From the NCBI GenBank assembly GCA_000165345.1, contig CM000431.1, positions 736,001 to 800,000 of the forward strand: DNA of 64,000 nt, read 5' to 3'. Shown piece after piece: positions 1 to 9,199 of the stretch (position 1 is its first letter; the number at the start of each line of letters is the position of its first letter). The notes beneath the pieces were generated by a model. That model worked only from the letters and a program-made list of their open reading frames with translations, was not told the DNA's origin and did no database searches. The translations under genes and the position numbers were made by a program.

Positions 1-3000
1 AATCCTTTATTTATTTCACTAGAGCTACTACTCGTAGAATATTCATTGTTTGCTTCTGTTCTCAAATAAGCATTCATAGAGTTAGGAAGTTCAATAGTAT
101 TAATACAATTTTTATTATACCAATTTAATACGAACTTTAGTCTTTCATAGTTAAAAGAAGAAATAAATTCAAAAGTGCTTTCAAAAATCTCCTTTCCAAG
201 TTCTGGTGTCACAAATGAAAGAATATTTTGCATTATTAGTTCGAATTTAGGATCAAAATTGTGAAGTATCATTTGTTTCGACCAAAGAAATAGGATATAT
301 TCATCGTTAATATTATAATCCTTTGCATACTGTAAACAAAGAATTAAGTCAAAATCACTTTTATGAATCAGCTTGCAAATAATACTTTTCTTATAACCCT
401 GATTGTTATTTTGAGGATCTTGTTTCTGAAAAAAGAGTGACTGATCAAATTCAATTTTTAGTTGCCTAAAGCTGTTACACCACTTAGATTGTTTGTGAAG
501 ATCTTCCATCTCCTTCCTCATGCTGTAATGGTTGAACAAAATTCCTAAATCCCATCCAATTCTTGCCATCCTCTGTGTCCTATAATAGTTATCAAGGATA
601 TTTGATGGGTTTAAAGATTGTACAAAAACATTCCATGAATCTTTTTTTTCCAGGGAAGAAGATAATGCCATGCAAAGTTGGCCGTCTATAGGATCTCTAC
701 CCTTCAGTACTTTACGGAAAAATTCTGTGTTAATATTCAAGGCTAATTTCACATCAGAAATTAGAAGAGGATGCTTTAAATATATGCTCATTGCTAATGT
801 TAAGCATTCTGATTGATAGAGTTGTTTTGCTAGTACATCAACATTTTCTCTTAATTCTTGAATATATTTCCCAACGTCAATAGGATAGTTTTCGTTAGTT
901 TGAATTGTCCAAAGTGTTGGGTCAGTCCAGAAATTATAAATTAAAAATGGAGATATGTAAATTTTTTTAATTGAAATCTGTTTTGAAAGCTCTTTGAAAA
1001 TTCTTATTTTGGTGTAGAGAAAAGCCATTACAATTTGCTTTGCATCAGTAAAGGGATAAAGAGTACAAATCTCTTTATAATATGATTTGTAAGAGTCCAA
1101 TGGCAAAAAATGTAAATTTTTGAGTGATTTCATGATAATTTTAGAAAAAAGGTGATTATCTAAATGATTGCTAATCAATTTATTATTTGGGTTCTCAATA
1201 TTATCAATCGCATCTGAAGCGTATAAAAGAAAATCGTGTACCCATAAAATATCCGAAGATAGTGCCAGTACAAAGCTGATTAATTTAATGGGGCAATAAG
1301 GAATACAAGTTGCAACTACTTGAAGCAACTTTGAAAATATAAAAATTAACTCCAATCCATCAATACGAGACTCTTTGTCAAATTTTGCTGCATAATTTTT
1401 TTTTTTATCAACTAAATCAACCGTAAGTAAATTCAAAATAATATTTTGCACTTCATCAACTATTGTTATTGCATTTTTTGAAGATGGGGTCTTAAATAAT
1501 TCTTGTGTTAACCTTCGAAAAATACACAATTTTCCACCATCTCTTAAGGAATTCCGTATATTAGTCCTTCTAATATAGCTTTCATCAACTCCAATCAAAC
1601 TTCCCAGCCTTAACAATTTTGTAAAGATACCTTTTTTTTTCTCATCCGATATCTTTTTTTCAAAATATGGTTGTGCAAACTCATCGAAAATTTCGCATAG
1701 CTTTATATAACAAGACTCTTTATATAATTGAAAATAACCATTTCTCCATTCAGAAATAAAACTTTCATCAATTATCTGTTTATTACACAAATCAGCTTCA
1801 ATCTTTCCAAATGGATTTGATAATGTATTTTTGTTTTGAATTGGTTCTAAATACGTCATTTTGTCTTGAATTTCTTTTCCTATTAAACAATTCTGATCGT
1901 GATCCATTTTGTCTATCATTATGTCGCTAGGCCTTATGTAAATCCCAAATTCAAATTGAAGCTGTTGAAGCCTAATAAGAGTATTAAAAGATTCATTTGA
2001 AGTCCAAAAAGTGTTTTGTCTTAATTTCCATTTGTTTTCTTGGATTGTTTTAAATAGTTCTCTTAAAACGACTACTGCAGAATATGTGGCAATTTCGCAT
2101 CTTATTTTTAATCTGTTAGACTTAATACAATTTTTTGAATAACAATCCAAAAACTGCCAAACAAAGCACACAAACTGTTGCGTAATACTATAAATCTTTT
2201 TACAATCTACATTCGAAAATATATCCAATATATCCTCTTCAATTGTTTTGTTATGTATCTCTTTTATTGACTTTTTGGTCATTTTTTCCCATTCAATAAT
2301 GTTTCTTCTCCTGAAAATTAAAAATCTTAGTCTTAAGCAATATGCCTCTGAGATACCCATAAATGTAGTGTTAGTTTCTTGTTTTAAATAGTCTATTAAA
2401 AACATTGCATCGTTGAATGATTCTATTCCAGCATCGACTTGAGAGATCACATGCAGGATCAATCGTCTAGGTGCATTTTTTTCGAACAATATTATTGATG
2501 CCATACTATCTAAATTATATCTAGAAAGTAAATTTTGTGCATCTATTAACGCGATTCTATTTTTAAGTTCAAATGATTTTTTACCATTAACAGAAATGTT
2601 CTTTGCATATGACATCAAAAAATCTATTTCATTTTGAGCGGAATGAGGAAACTTCAGATCTATGTTACGATCTATTGCAAGACATTTATTATTCAATGAT
2701 AAGTACTGCAATAAAGCATGTGCCTTGTACTCATCATTTGTAATTGAATTGATCAAAGAAATGATTCTCGGTTGATAATATTTCTTGCCATCTGTAGAAT
2801 TCAAGTTGCTTTCAAGGGAGTTATAATTTATAGATGAAATTAGTTCTAACAAATATTCCATGATTATTTGATCAGCTTCCAATCCTCTTATTTTGCAAAA
2901 TGGTATAACGTGATGATTAATTTCGTAATTAAGTAATTCAGAAGAAGAAATTCTACTTAAAAGCTTAAAAGCAATATCCCGATTAGATATTTTCTTGTAA

Positions 3001-5057
3001 TAAAGAGAGCTGAAGTTTATTTCTAGTTTATATCTGTTCTTTAAATCATTACATTCCAAAAACGCCCAATAAACTTGATTAATTTTATTTAAAGGAATTT
3101 TATTAATAGAATAGCGTTTATCGCCAGAGCCTGCCCAAAGGATACCATTCGAAACAATTTGTTTTGGAAGTACATGATTGTTTGAATAACTGTACTCATT
3201 TAGAAAAACTGATGATAAAAGGAATAAGCAACGATCAATATCTCCATTGGAAACGTGTTCCAACGTAATAGCTCTATCTGCTATCAAATTTAGTAATTTG
3301 TTTTTGTTAGTTACAAATGGGAATACTTGATTCACTAACCATGATGGAATTTCTTTTTCAATTTTCTCTGGCAAATTTACGGGCAAATTACTCAATGATT
3401 CTAATATAATTTCACTTCTAACTTCCTCATCGCCATCACCAAAGTGAATAAAGTGTCTGTTAAAAAGAAAAAAAAACTCCTCAACCAAGTTAAAAGATAA
3501 TAAGCAGTTACATAATTTTCCCAAGTCACATTTTAAAAATCTCTTTAATAAAATATCCCAATTTGTGTCGATTTCGTTTGGGTTAGAATCATATTCTGAA
3601 CATATTTTAAGTGCAGCTTCAAAATTTTTATAGTTATTTTTATAAATTATATCGAAAGTTATTGACTTTTGAATGATGTAGTTCATCTTCATTATGTGAG
3701 AATTACTCGAGTTTGAATTTTCAAGAGCGGAAATTAGTGAAGAAAGTAAATTTAGTGCATCTTCAACATTATATAAAGGAATTTTGTCTAAATACTCAAA
3801 TACATCATTCCAATCAACTTTTTCTGAATTAGAAATCAACTTTGTGAGTTGGGGAATTACTATATTAAATTTGAAAGCTCTATCGAACTGATTATTTAAT
3901 GTTTTTTCGGAATTTAAAATAATTTGTTCATCTTTTACGTTATAATTTTCAAATCTAGGAATTCTTTTGTCTTTAATTAAATTATAATTTGGTTCTTCTT
4001 CCAAAATATTAATGAGAATATTGCCGGTTTTCTCTTCTAAAGTACAACCTGCATAAAAAATAGTTGTTTCACACAAACCATGTGAGACAAAAGGAATAAA
4101 AGATGTGTTTAAGTCATTATAATTTGCTATGCATATTTCTGAAGAAATTTCGTGGCCTTTAAAAACCACTACACTAGAATCGTATACTATAATGTTTGCC
4201 AAAATATCGTCTAAAAATTTGGTCTGAGAAATATTAATAATATTATCTGGATCTTTGATATTGATTTTATTAGCCCTTAGTGGAATAAGGTTATCACTTG
4301 AAATGGCTATCTCAATTCCATTAAATGGAATTCCATCCTCGATATTCAAAAATATTACATTTACAATATTGCCTTTTACTGCTTTATAAAACGAAATTAG
4401 TTTAAAATCACATTTTCCCAAAGACATGTTTAAGATCTCTCCAATGGACAAAGAGTCTATCATTGTGCATTTAATCGTATTGCTATCAATATAAAATTTT
4501 TGTATAAAACTCGAATTTACAACAAATATCCCATTCTCGCATGGTGTTGCTCCTTTACTTTCGGTTGTTATTATGTTTCCAATTTCAATGGAATAACCTG
4601 AATTGAAGCGATCAATAGAAACAGGGAAAAAACCAGAAGAAAAATTAACTATAGCAATGATTCTTTGACGATCAATTGGTATATTAGAGAAGTTATCTAT
4701 TAGTATAATCTCGGAGTTTTCAATAGTTTTTGTTAAACCATGTTTCGCAGTTTTTACTTCGAGGACTGATTCATTTTCCAATGCAAGTAAATACACTGAA
4801 CTGCTGCTTAATATTATAAATAAATTATTATCTATCCATATACCATTTAATATTAATTCTTCCTCTGAATTGATCTTCCAAGAATAAATTAATTTCGCGT
4901 TCTCGTGATCTTTCGTAATTATAAAGAAAAATACTAAGTTTTCCACAATGATAGATAGCCTTTCATTGAAAATGGTTACCTTTCGAATACTATTTGTGTA
5001 TTTTTGCAAGTTTAGACCAGGTAGACTTCCTAGTTCGATTACTTTTTTTAGATACAT
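1..5057 (-). CDS. Large protein (>1680 aa within window). The N-terminal third looks beta-propeller-like and the rest is a long alpha-helical repeat region. The stop codon lies beyond the window start, so the gene is partial at its 3' end.
   Basis: I reverse-complemented and translated by hand from the ATG at 5057-5055 (minus strand). The reading is MYLKKVIELGSLPGLNLQKYTNSIRKVTIFNERLSIIVENLVFFFIITKDHENAKLIYSWKINSEEELILNGIWIDNN... and it continues protein-like for ~5 kb with no stop I could find, down to position 1. An in-frame TGA lies upstream at 5123-5121. The ORF track lists no complete ORF of >=60 aa on either strand in 1..4947, which is what a single open frame without a stop inside the window would produce. 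Product family cannot be assigned. Confidence 0.55.
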   Translation of the reverse strand, partial: MYLKKVIELGSLPGLNLQKYTNSIRKVTIFNERLSIIVENLVFFFIITKDHENAKLIYSWKINSEEELILNGIWIDNNLFIILSSSSVYLLALENESVLEVKTAKHGLTKTIENSEIILIDNFSNIPIDRQRIIAIVNFSSGFFPVSIDRFNSGYSIEIGNIITTESKGATPCENGIFVVNSSFIQKFYIDSNTIKCTMIDSLSIGEILNMSLGKCDFKLISFYKAVKGNIVNVIFLNIEDGIPFNGIEIAISSDNLIPLRANKINIKDPDNIINISQTKFLDDILANIIVYDSSVVVFKGHEISSEICIANYNDLNTSFIPFVSHGLCETTIFYAGCTLEEKTGNILINILEEEPNYNLIKDKRIPRFENYNVKDEQIILNSEKTLNNQFDRAFKFNIVIPQLTKLISNSEKVDWNDVFEYLDKIPLYNVEDALNLLSSLISALENSNSSNSHIMKMNYIIQKSITFDIIYKNNYKNFEAALKICSEYDSNPNEIDTNWDILLKRFLKCDLGKLCNCLLSFNLVEEFFFLFNRHFIHFGDGDEEVRSEIILESLSNLPVNLPEKIEKEIPSWLVNQVFPFVTNKNKLLNLIADRAITLEHVSNGDIDRCLFLLSSVFLNEYSYSNNHVLPKQIVSNGILWAGSGDKRYSINKIPLNKINQVYWAFLECNDLKNRYKLEINFSSLYYKKISNRDIAFKLLSRISSSELLNYEINHHVIPFCKIRGLEADQIIMEYLLELISSINYNSLESNLNSTDGKKYYQPRIISLINSITNDEYKAHALLQYLSLNNKCLAIDRNIDLKFPHSAQNEIDFLMSYAKNISVNGKKSFELKNRIALIDAQNLLSRYNLDSMASIILFEKNAPRRLILHVISQVDAGIESFNDAMFLIDYLKQETNTTFMGISEAYCLRLRFLIFRRRNIIEWEKMTKKSIKEIHNKTIEEDILDIFSNVDCKKIYSITQQFVCFVWQFLDCYSKNCIKSNRLKIRCEIATYSAVVVLRELFKTIQENKWKLRQNTFWTSNESFNTLIRLQQLQFEFGIYIRPSDIMIDKMDHDQNCLIGKEIQDKMTYLEPIQNKNTLSNPFGKIEADLCNKQIIDESFISEWRNGYFQLYKESCYIKLCEIFDEFAQPYFEKKISDEKKKGIFTKLLRLGSLIGVDESYIRRTNIRNSLRDGGKLCIFRRLTQELFKTPSSKNAITIVDEVQNIILNLLTVDLVDKKKNYAAKFDKESRIDGLELIFIFSKLLQVVATCIPYCPIKLISFVLALSSDILWVHDFLLYASDAIDNIENPNNKLISNHLDNHLFSKIIMKSLKNLHFLPLDSYKSYYKEICTLYPFTDAKQIVMAFLYTKIRIFKELSKQISIKKIYISPFLIYNFWTDPTLWTIQTNENYPIDVGKYIQELRENVDVLAKQLYQSECLTLAMSIYLKHPLLISDVKLALNINTEFFRKVLKGRDPIDGQLCMALSSSLEKKDSWNVFVQSLNPSNILDNYYRTQRMARIGWDLGILFNHYSMRKEMEDLHKQSKWCNSFRQLKIEFDQSLFFQKQDPQNNNQGYKKSIICKLIHKSDFDLILCLQYAKDYNINDEYILFLWSKQMILHNFDPKFELIMQNILSFVTPELGKEIFESTFEFISSFNYERLKFVLNWYNKNCINTIELPNSMNAYLRTEANNEYSTSSSSSEINKG

Positions 5058-5331
5058 CAATATTAGTTTAATTAATTTTAGAAATCCATATGCGGTACAT
5101 GTATTATTGAGGGGAAATATTCAATTATTATCAACAGCAAATATTTTAAAAACTTAAAAATATTAGTATTAAGTTGGAATATTTTAGCTCTAACCTAGGT
5201 TATTTGTTGAATTTGAAATAAATTAAAACCTTTAACGAAAACTTAGTTTATTAGTGTCATTATTTCTGAAAAAAATAAAATGATCAGATTTTATCAAATT
5301 GAGAATAATATAAATTATTTTAAGAAAATGA

Positions 5332-5379
5332 AAATAAATAAATAAATAAATAAATGTATATGTACATTTATTTATTTAT
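5332..5379. repeat. (AAAT)6 microsatellite forming a 17-bp-arm inverted repeat with (ATTT)3 around a 4-bp spacer
   Basis: The left arm ataaataaataaatgta (5342-5358) is the exact reverse complement of the right arm tacatttatttatttat (5363-5379). It sits in the divergent region between the left-edge gene and the AP2 gene. Confidence 0.6.
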
Positions 5380-5511
5380 AGGATTCGGCTAAACTTGATA
5401 GCAAGTAATAAATATTTCAAGTATGTATAATTTCAAGTAATAAATTATTCGCCATGCCTTTTACATGTTAAATCTCTAAATTTGTATTCAAATACAAATT
5501 TAACAGGCGTG

Positions 5512-8500
5512 ATGAGAAATATAGATTTTTTTGAAATTTTTAAAAGATTGGATATTAATTATACAAATAAACAAGTAAATTCATGTTCAAGTATTAATTT
5601 AAAAAAAGACAGTATTCAACAAGAAGTTAATTCAAAAGAAAATCAACCACCTGAAAGTGGTGGATATAAACATCGTGAAAATGATGGAATATATTTAGAC
5701 ATTAACTTCAACTCTAACTCTATTGCACTCCAGCCATGTATCGCAATTAAAGAGAAATCATTCAGATTACCAATATTTGAATTGACGTATGATTTTCAAA
5801 TGCCTAATACTACATACCAAGTTAAACAAAACAGCAGGCTTTATGAAGAAATTTACTCATTAGTATATGCAAATTATTCAAATATCATAATTAATGAGAT
5901 TACTCCTTCGAGAAAAATAAAAATTTCTGAAACAAAACCTATTTTTGAAATCTCTGAAAAAGAAGGGAATCAATATTCTATATTTTGGGATGATGAAGAT
6001 ATCAAATCCAACTCATCAATTTTACTTGGTGAGTTTACTGGATTGCTGTATAATGACGAAAAAAAATACTATAACAAGTATTCTTTCAAATTGCCCAATG
6101 TTTCAAATGAAGAGTTAAGTGTTATTTTGGATGCGTCTCATTACTGTAATGAATTTGCTTTTCTAAAACATTGTAGGCTCCCCTTTCCATTCGATGATCA
6201 AAGAATAAGACCAAACACTCAGTTACAGTGGTTATTTATTGATAAATGGCCACATCTTGTTGTATTAACTATTCCTGGAATCGAAATTAAACAAGGCGAT
6301 GAACTTGTTGTCGATTTTGGGAACAATTATCATATGTATTACGTAAATAGTTTGAAAACAATATTTAAAAACATCATCAAAATTAAAGCGGAGAATACGC
6401 AAATTTTCCAAATTTGCACTGTATGTAGACTTGAACTAGAGAAAAGCATTATTGAATGTAAAAAGTGTATAATTTGCCGTGAATACATACATGATAAGTG
6501 TGGTTATTATTATAAAAACAGTGGAAACTCGGTTTGTTGTACTACTTGTTTAAAAAAATCTTTTAATATTATCTTTGGCATTAATAAAAAATTTGATTAT
6601 CCCTTCAGCGGAACAAATAATTCGAGTAAGGATTCAATTATTAGTATACTAAAAATTTATGATGGGGATGCATGCGAAGAATGTTTATCATTGTTTCGTA
6701 AAAAAGACTTGGAATTAGAAAGATGTAAGTCTGCATTCTTTTGTAAACTACTCCATGAATTTTATCAGGTAGATAAACACCCTGATAATATTGACTCTTT
6801 TTATGCAGAATATAATTCCAAAAACGAGACAGAACCAAAGTCAAGCATTAATATGGACATTAAAGCCCTTGAAAATATTTATTATATTTTTGAAAGACTA
6901 GTGAAATACTTAAAGGATTTTTATGATGAAAACAGTGTTTGCGAAAGATTAAAATTTGAATCATATTTTTCCCAAGATAATTATGTTGGTTATTCAAACC
7001 GTCAATCAAAATGTTTATTTCCAGATTCGTTAATCTACGAAACATGGGGAAAGTCGAAATGGAAAGATTTTATTTTTTGGGATCAGGCAAAAAATTCTTG
7101 GGTCGGATTACTAAGACCAAATGGGATATTTTCAAGATTCGATTGCTGTAATAAATATCCAACTATAATTGAAAGTTTTTATGAAACAGAAAAGTGGGTA
7201 GAACAGAGAATAAGCGAAACTACAATTCCAAAGAATTTGATTTCTGCAATATTGAATAATTCTGATAAAGGTTCCAATTGTAATGAAAAAGACTATTCTA
7301 AAAGTCAAGAAGATATTGTTTCACATACTTATTACCACTCGCCGTATTTACCTACTGATCTAGCATCACACCCAGACTTCAAAATATTCAGCAATGAAAA
7401 TGGAAACAAGTATCAAGGTAATTTACCTCCAGTCAACGAAACTAATAATCTATTTTCAATGAATGATAATCAGTTATTGAATGGAAAACTCAAGAACGCA
7501 AATGCTACTCATAGTGTTGAATCAGAATTGTTCTCATTTTCAAATTCGCCTGAATTTTTATTAAATGATATTAGACCACGTGTTTCTACCACAGGTTATA
7601 TTCAATGCTGTTCGCCAGTCAACAGAAAACGTAGAATAAGGTCAACTCTCCCCTTAACTTCGAATGCTGCAAAATGCCCAACTGAATGGAGAGTAAGAGG
7701 GATCACGTGGCATGCAGAAAGAAAAGCATTTATTGTACCATATAGAAGAGATAAAGATGGTGGGCTTACTTCAACAACTTTTGGTGCAATGAAGTATGGA
7801 AGCCCTTTGACTGCATTTTTAAAAGCTTTAGAATTTAGGGAAAATTATTTAAAGGAGCAGGCGACAAAGTTACCAGAAGAAATAAAGCAGCCAAGTGTTA
7901 TTTGTGATCAAGCATTATTAATTAGAAATTTACCAAATATAATTTGGGATTCGAACAAACTTGTATGGAGAGCTCTTGCAGATGAGGAACTCCTATGCAA
8001 TAATAACTTAACACATAAATTAACTTTTTATACACAAGATATTGAAATAAACGCAATGCCTTATGGAGCAAGAATTGCATATGAAATAGCCGAAGTTTGC
8101 TATATTCGTAGAAAAGCATTACTTCTTAACTCAAAGGTAAATACTATAAAAAATTCATCTGTAAGCCGTATAAGAAATAAGAGTAATTCATTAGAGGGTC
8201 ATGGAGACGAGTACCAATTGATATTAGAGGATCAAAACCATTTATTATTACCTAAAAATTCACAAATGGATATTTCAAACTCGCAAAGCTCTTGTTTCAA
8301 ACAAATCAGGTTGAAAATTATTTTTCCAAATGGAGAGGAAGTTATTAGAAGTGACTTGATTGCATGGCATTTTAGGAGTAATTCATGGATAATTACCAAT
8401 ATGATTGATGGAAGTACATCTAATCAAACGAAAAATATTAGTTTCCTCAATTATTCAGATTCCAATATAAAACAGAAATCTCTTATTCAATCATTAATTT

Positions 8501-9144
8501 ACGCAATTGAATGTTGTACATCTATACCTCCAAAGTGTCAAGTATACGTTCATGCAGAGGAAGCTGAGTCAATAATTGATTCTGAAGATCTTGCGGAATT
8601 GTTGAAACCTTTCCCAACAGGGATATCGTGGTATTGCAAAAAAAGAAGGTTTTATACATCAAATGGGCTTGATAGTAATGGAAGAGGACAACACTTTAGT
8701 ATTGCATTATACGGTTCACTTATTTCTGCATTTAATGCCGCAATTGACTATAGAAATATTTTTTTGAAAAATAGGAGAAAGGCTATTTTGCCAAAAGTTG
8801 AATGGATTCTATGCTTTCCTGTTAATCAATGTTCAACTAATACAGGTTCAAATGAAAGAATAAGCGATTCAGATATTATTAATAATCGAGATATAGTAAA
8901 GGAATTGGATAGTTGCAACATTTATCATTTATCCGATAATTATATGGGGAGTTGTAACGATAGAAATATTGATCGAATAAATAGTCAAATATCATCATTA
9001 AATACATGTATTTCAGGAGATTCATATCATTCTGGAAGTGATTGGCTTCAACATCCAACAACAGTTTCATTGTTGGACGATCAGATAATTGAGCCACAAA
9101 ATGATTTGGATAACAGAATAATGAATATTGAATTAATAGAATAA
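5512..9144 (+). CDS. Multi-domain putative chromatin/transcription regulator carrying a SET-like region, a PHD finger and at least two AP2 DNA-binding domains (ApiAP2-type).
   Basis: The track start at 5482 is a TTG codon. The first in-frame ATG is 5512 (MRNIDFFEIF...). Domain motifs are listed as separate features below. The ORF is uninterrupted for 1210 codons. Confidence 0.7.
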   Translation: MRNIDFFEIFKRLDINYTNKQVNSCSSINLKKDSIQQEVNSKENQPPESGGYKHRENDGIYLDINFNSNSIALQPCIAIKEKSFRLPIFELTYDFQMPNTTYQVKQNSRLYEEIYSLVYANYSNIIINEITPSRKIKISETKPIFEISEKEGNQYSIFWDDEDIKSNSSILLGEFTGLLYNDEKKYYNKYSFKLPNVSNEELSVILDASHYCNEFAFLKHCRLPFPFDDQRIRPNTQLQWLFIDKWPHLVVLTIPGIEIKQGDELVVDFGNNYHMYYVNSLKTIFKNIIKIKAENTQIFQICTVCRLELEKSIIECKKCIICREYIHDKCGYYYKNSGNSVCCTTCLKKSFNIIFGINKKFDYPFSGTNNSSKDSIISILKIYDGDACEECLSLFRKKDLELERCKSAFFCKLLHEFYQVDKHPDNIDSFYAEYNSKNETEPKSSINMDIKALENIYYIFERLVKYLKDFYDENSVCERLKFESYFSQDNYVGYSNRQSKCLFPDSLIYETWGKSKWKDFIFWDQAKNSWVGLLRPNGIFSRFDCCNKYPTIIESFYETEKWVEQRISETTIPKNLISAILNNSDKGSNCNEKDYSKSQEDIVSHTYYHSPYLPTDLASHPDFKIFSNENGNKYQGNLPPVNETNNLFSMNDNQLLNGKLKNANATHSVESELFSFSNSPEFLLNDIRPRVSTTGYIQCCSPVNRKRRIRSTLPLTSNAAKCPTEWRVRGITWHAERKAFIVPYRRDKDGGLTSTTFGAMKYGSPLTAFLKALEFRENYLKEQATKLPEEIKQPSVICDQALLIRNLPNIIWDSNKLVWRALADEELLCNNNLTHKLTFYTQDIEINAMPYGARIAYEIAEVCYIRRKALLLNSKVNTIKNSSVSRIRNKSNSLEGHGDEYQLILEDQNHLLLPKNSQMDISNSQSSCFKQIRLKIIFPNGEEVIRSDLIAWHFRSNSWIITNMIDGSTSNQTKNISFLNYSDSNIKQKSLIQSLIYAIECCTSIPPKCQVYVHAEEAESIIDSEDLAELLKPFPTGISWYCKKRRFYTSNGLDSNGRGQHFSIALYGSLISAFNAAIDYRNIFLKNRRKAILPKVEWILCFPVNQCSTNTGSNERISDSDIINNRDIVKELDSCNIYHLSDNYMGSCNDRNIDRINSQISSLNTCISGDSYHSGSDWLQHPTTVSLLDDQIIEPQNDLDNRIMNIELIE
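5940..6345 (+). other. SET-like domain (weak call)
   Basis: ILLGEFTGLLYNDE resembles the SET-N motif GEFIxEYxGE. ASHYCNEF resembles the NHSCxPN motif. IKQGDELVVDFG resembles the GEELTxDYG motif. The spacing between NHSC and ELxxD is about 50 aa. No post-SET cysteine cluster was seen. Confidence 0.35.
6415..6549 (+). other. PHD-type zinc finger (C4HC3)
   Basis: CTVC-x13-CIIC-REYI-H-DK-C-x12-C-TT-C. The spacing fits the PHD pattern C-x2-C-x(9-21)-C-x2-C-x4-H-x2-C-x(12-46)-C-x2-C. Confidence 0.6.
7672..7853 (+). other. AP2 DNA-binding domain 1
   Basis: RVRGITWHAERKAFIVPYRRDKDGGLTSTTFGAMKYGSPLTAFLKALEFR matches the AP2 pattern G(V/I)xW...A......G......F...YG...A...A...R. Confidence 0.65.
8620..8766 (+). 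other. AP2 DNA-binding domain 2
   Basis: GISWYCKKRRFYTSNGLDSNGRGQHFSIALYGSLISAFNAAIDYR shows the same AP2 residue pattern. Two weaker AP2-like stretches lie further upstream in the protein: IFWDQAKNSWVGLLRPNGIFSRF... and IAWHFRSNSWIITNMIDGS... Confidence 0.6.
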
Positions 9145-9199
9145 AAAAAAATTGCCGCTACAAAATTATTGTTAATTAGGCTGCAGTAATATTTACTAA

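Noticed and set aside
4948-5157. 69-aa plus-strand ORF from the track
   Set aside because: It overlaps the N-terminal codons of the long minus-strand gene. Its translation is low-complexity F/L/I-rich, as expected from the antisense frame of AT-rich coding DNA. No start context or motif supports it.
5421-5506. Candidate intron (GTATGT ... TTTAACAG) immediately upstream of the AP2 gene ATG
   Set aside because: No upstream exon carries an in-frame ATG that joins in a compatible phase. Stops occur in all frames before the donor. The ATG at 5512 is retained as the start.
5940-6345. Full SET methyltransferase domain call
   Set aside because: Only partial motif matches could be read by eye and no post-SET Cys cluster was seen. 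It is kept as 'SET-like' at low confidence rather than rejected outright.
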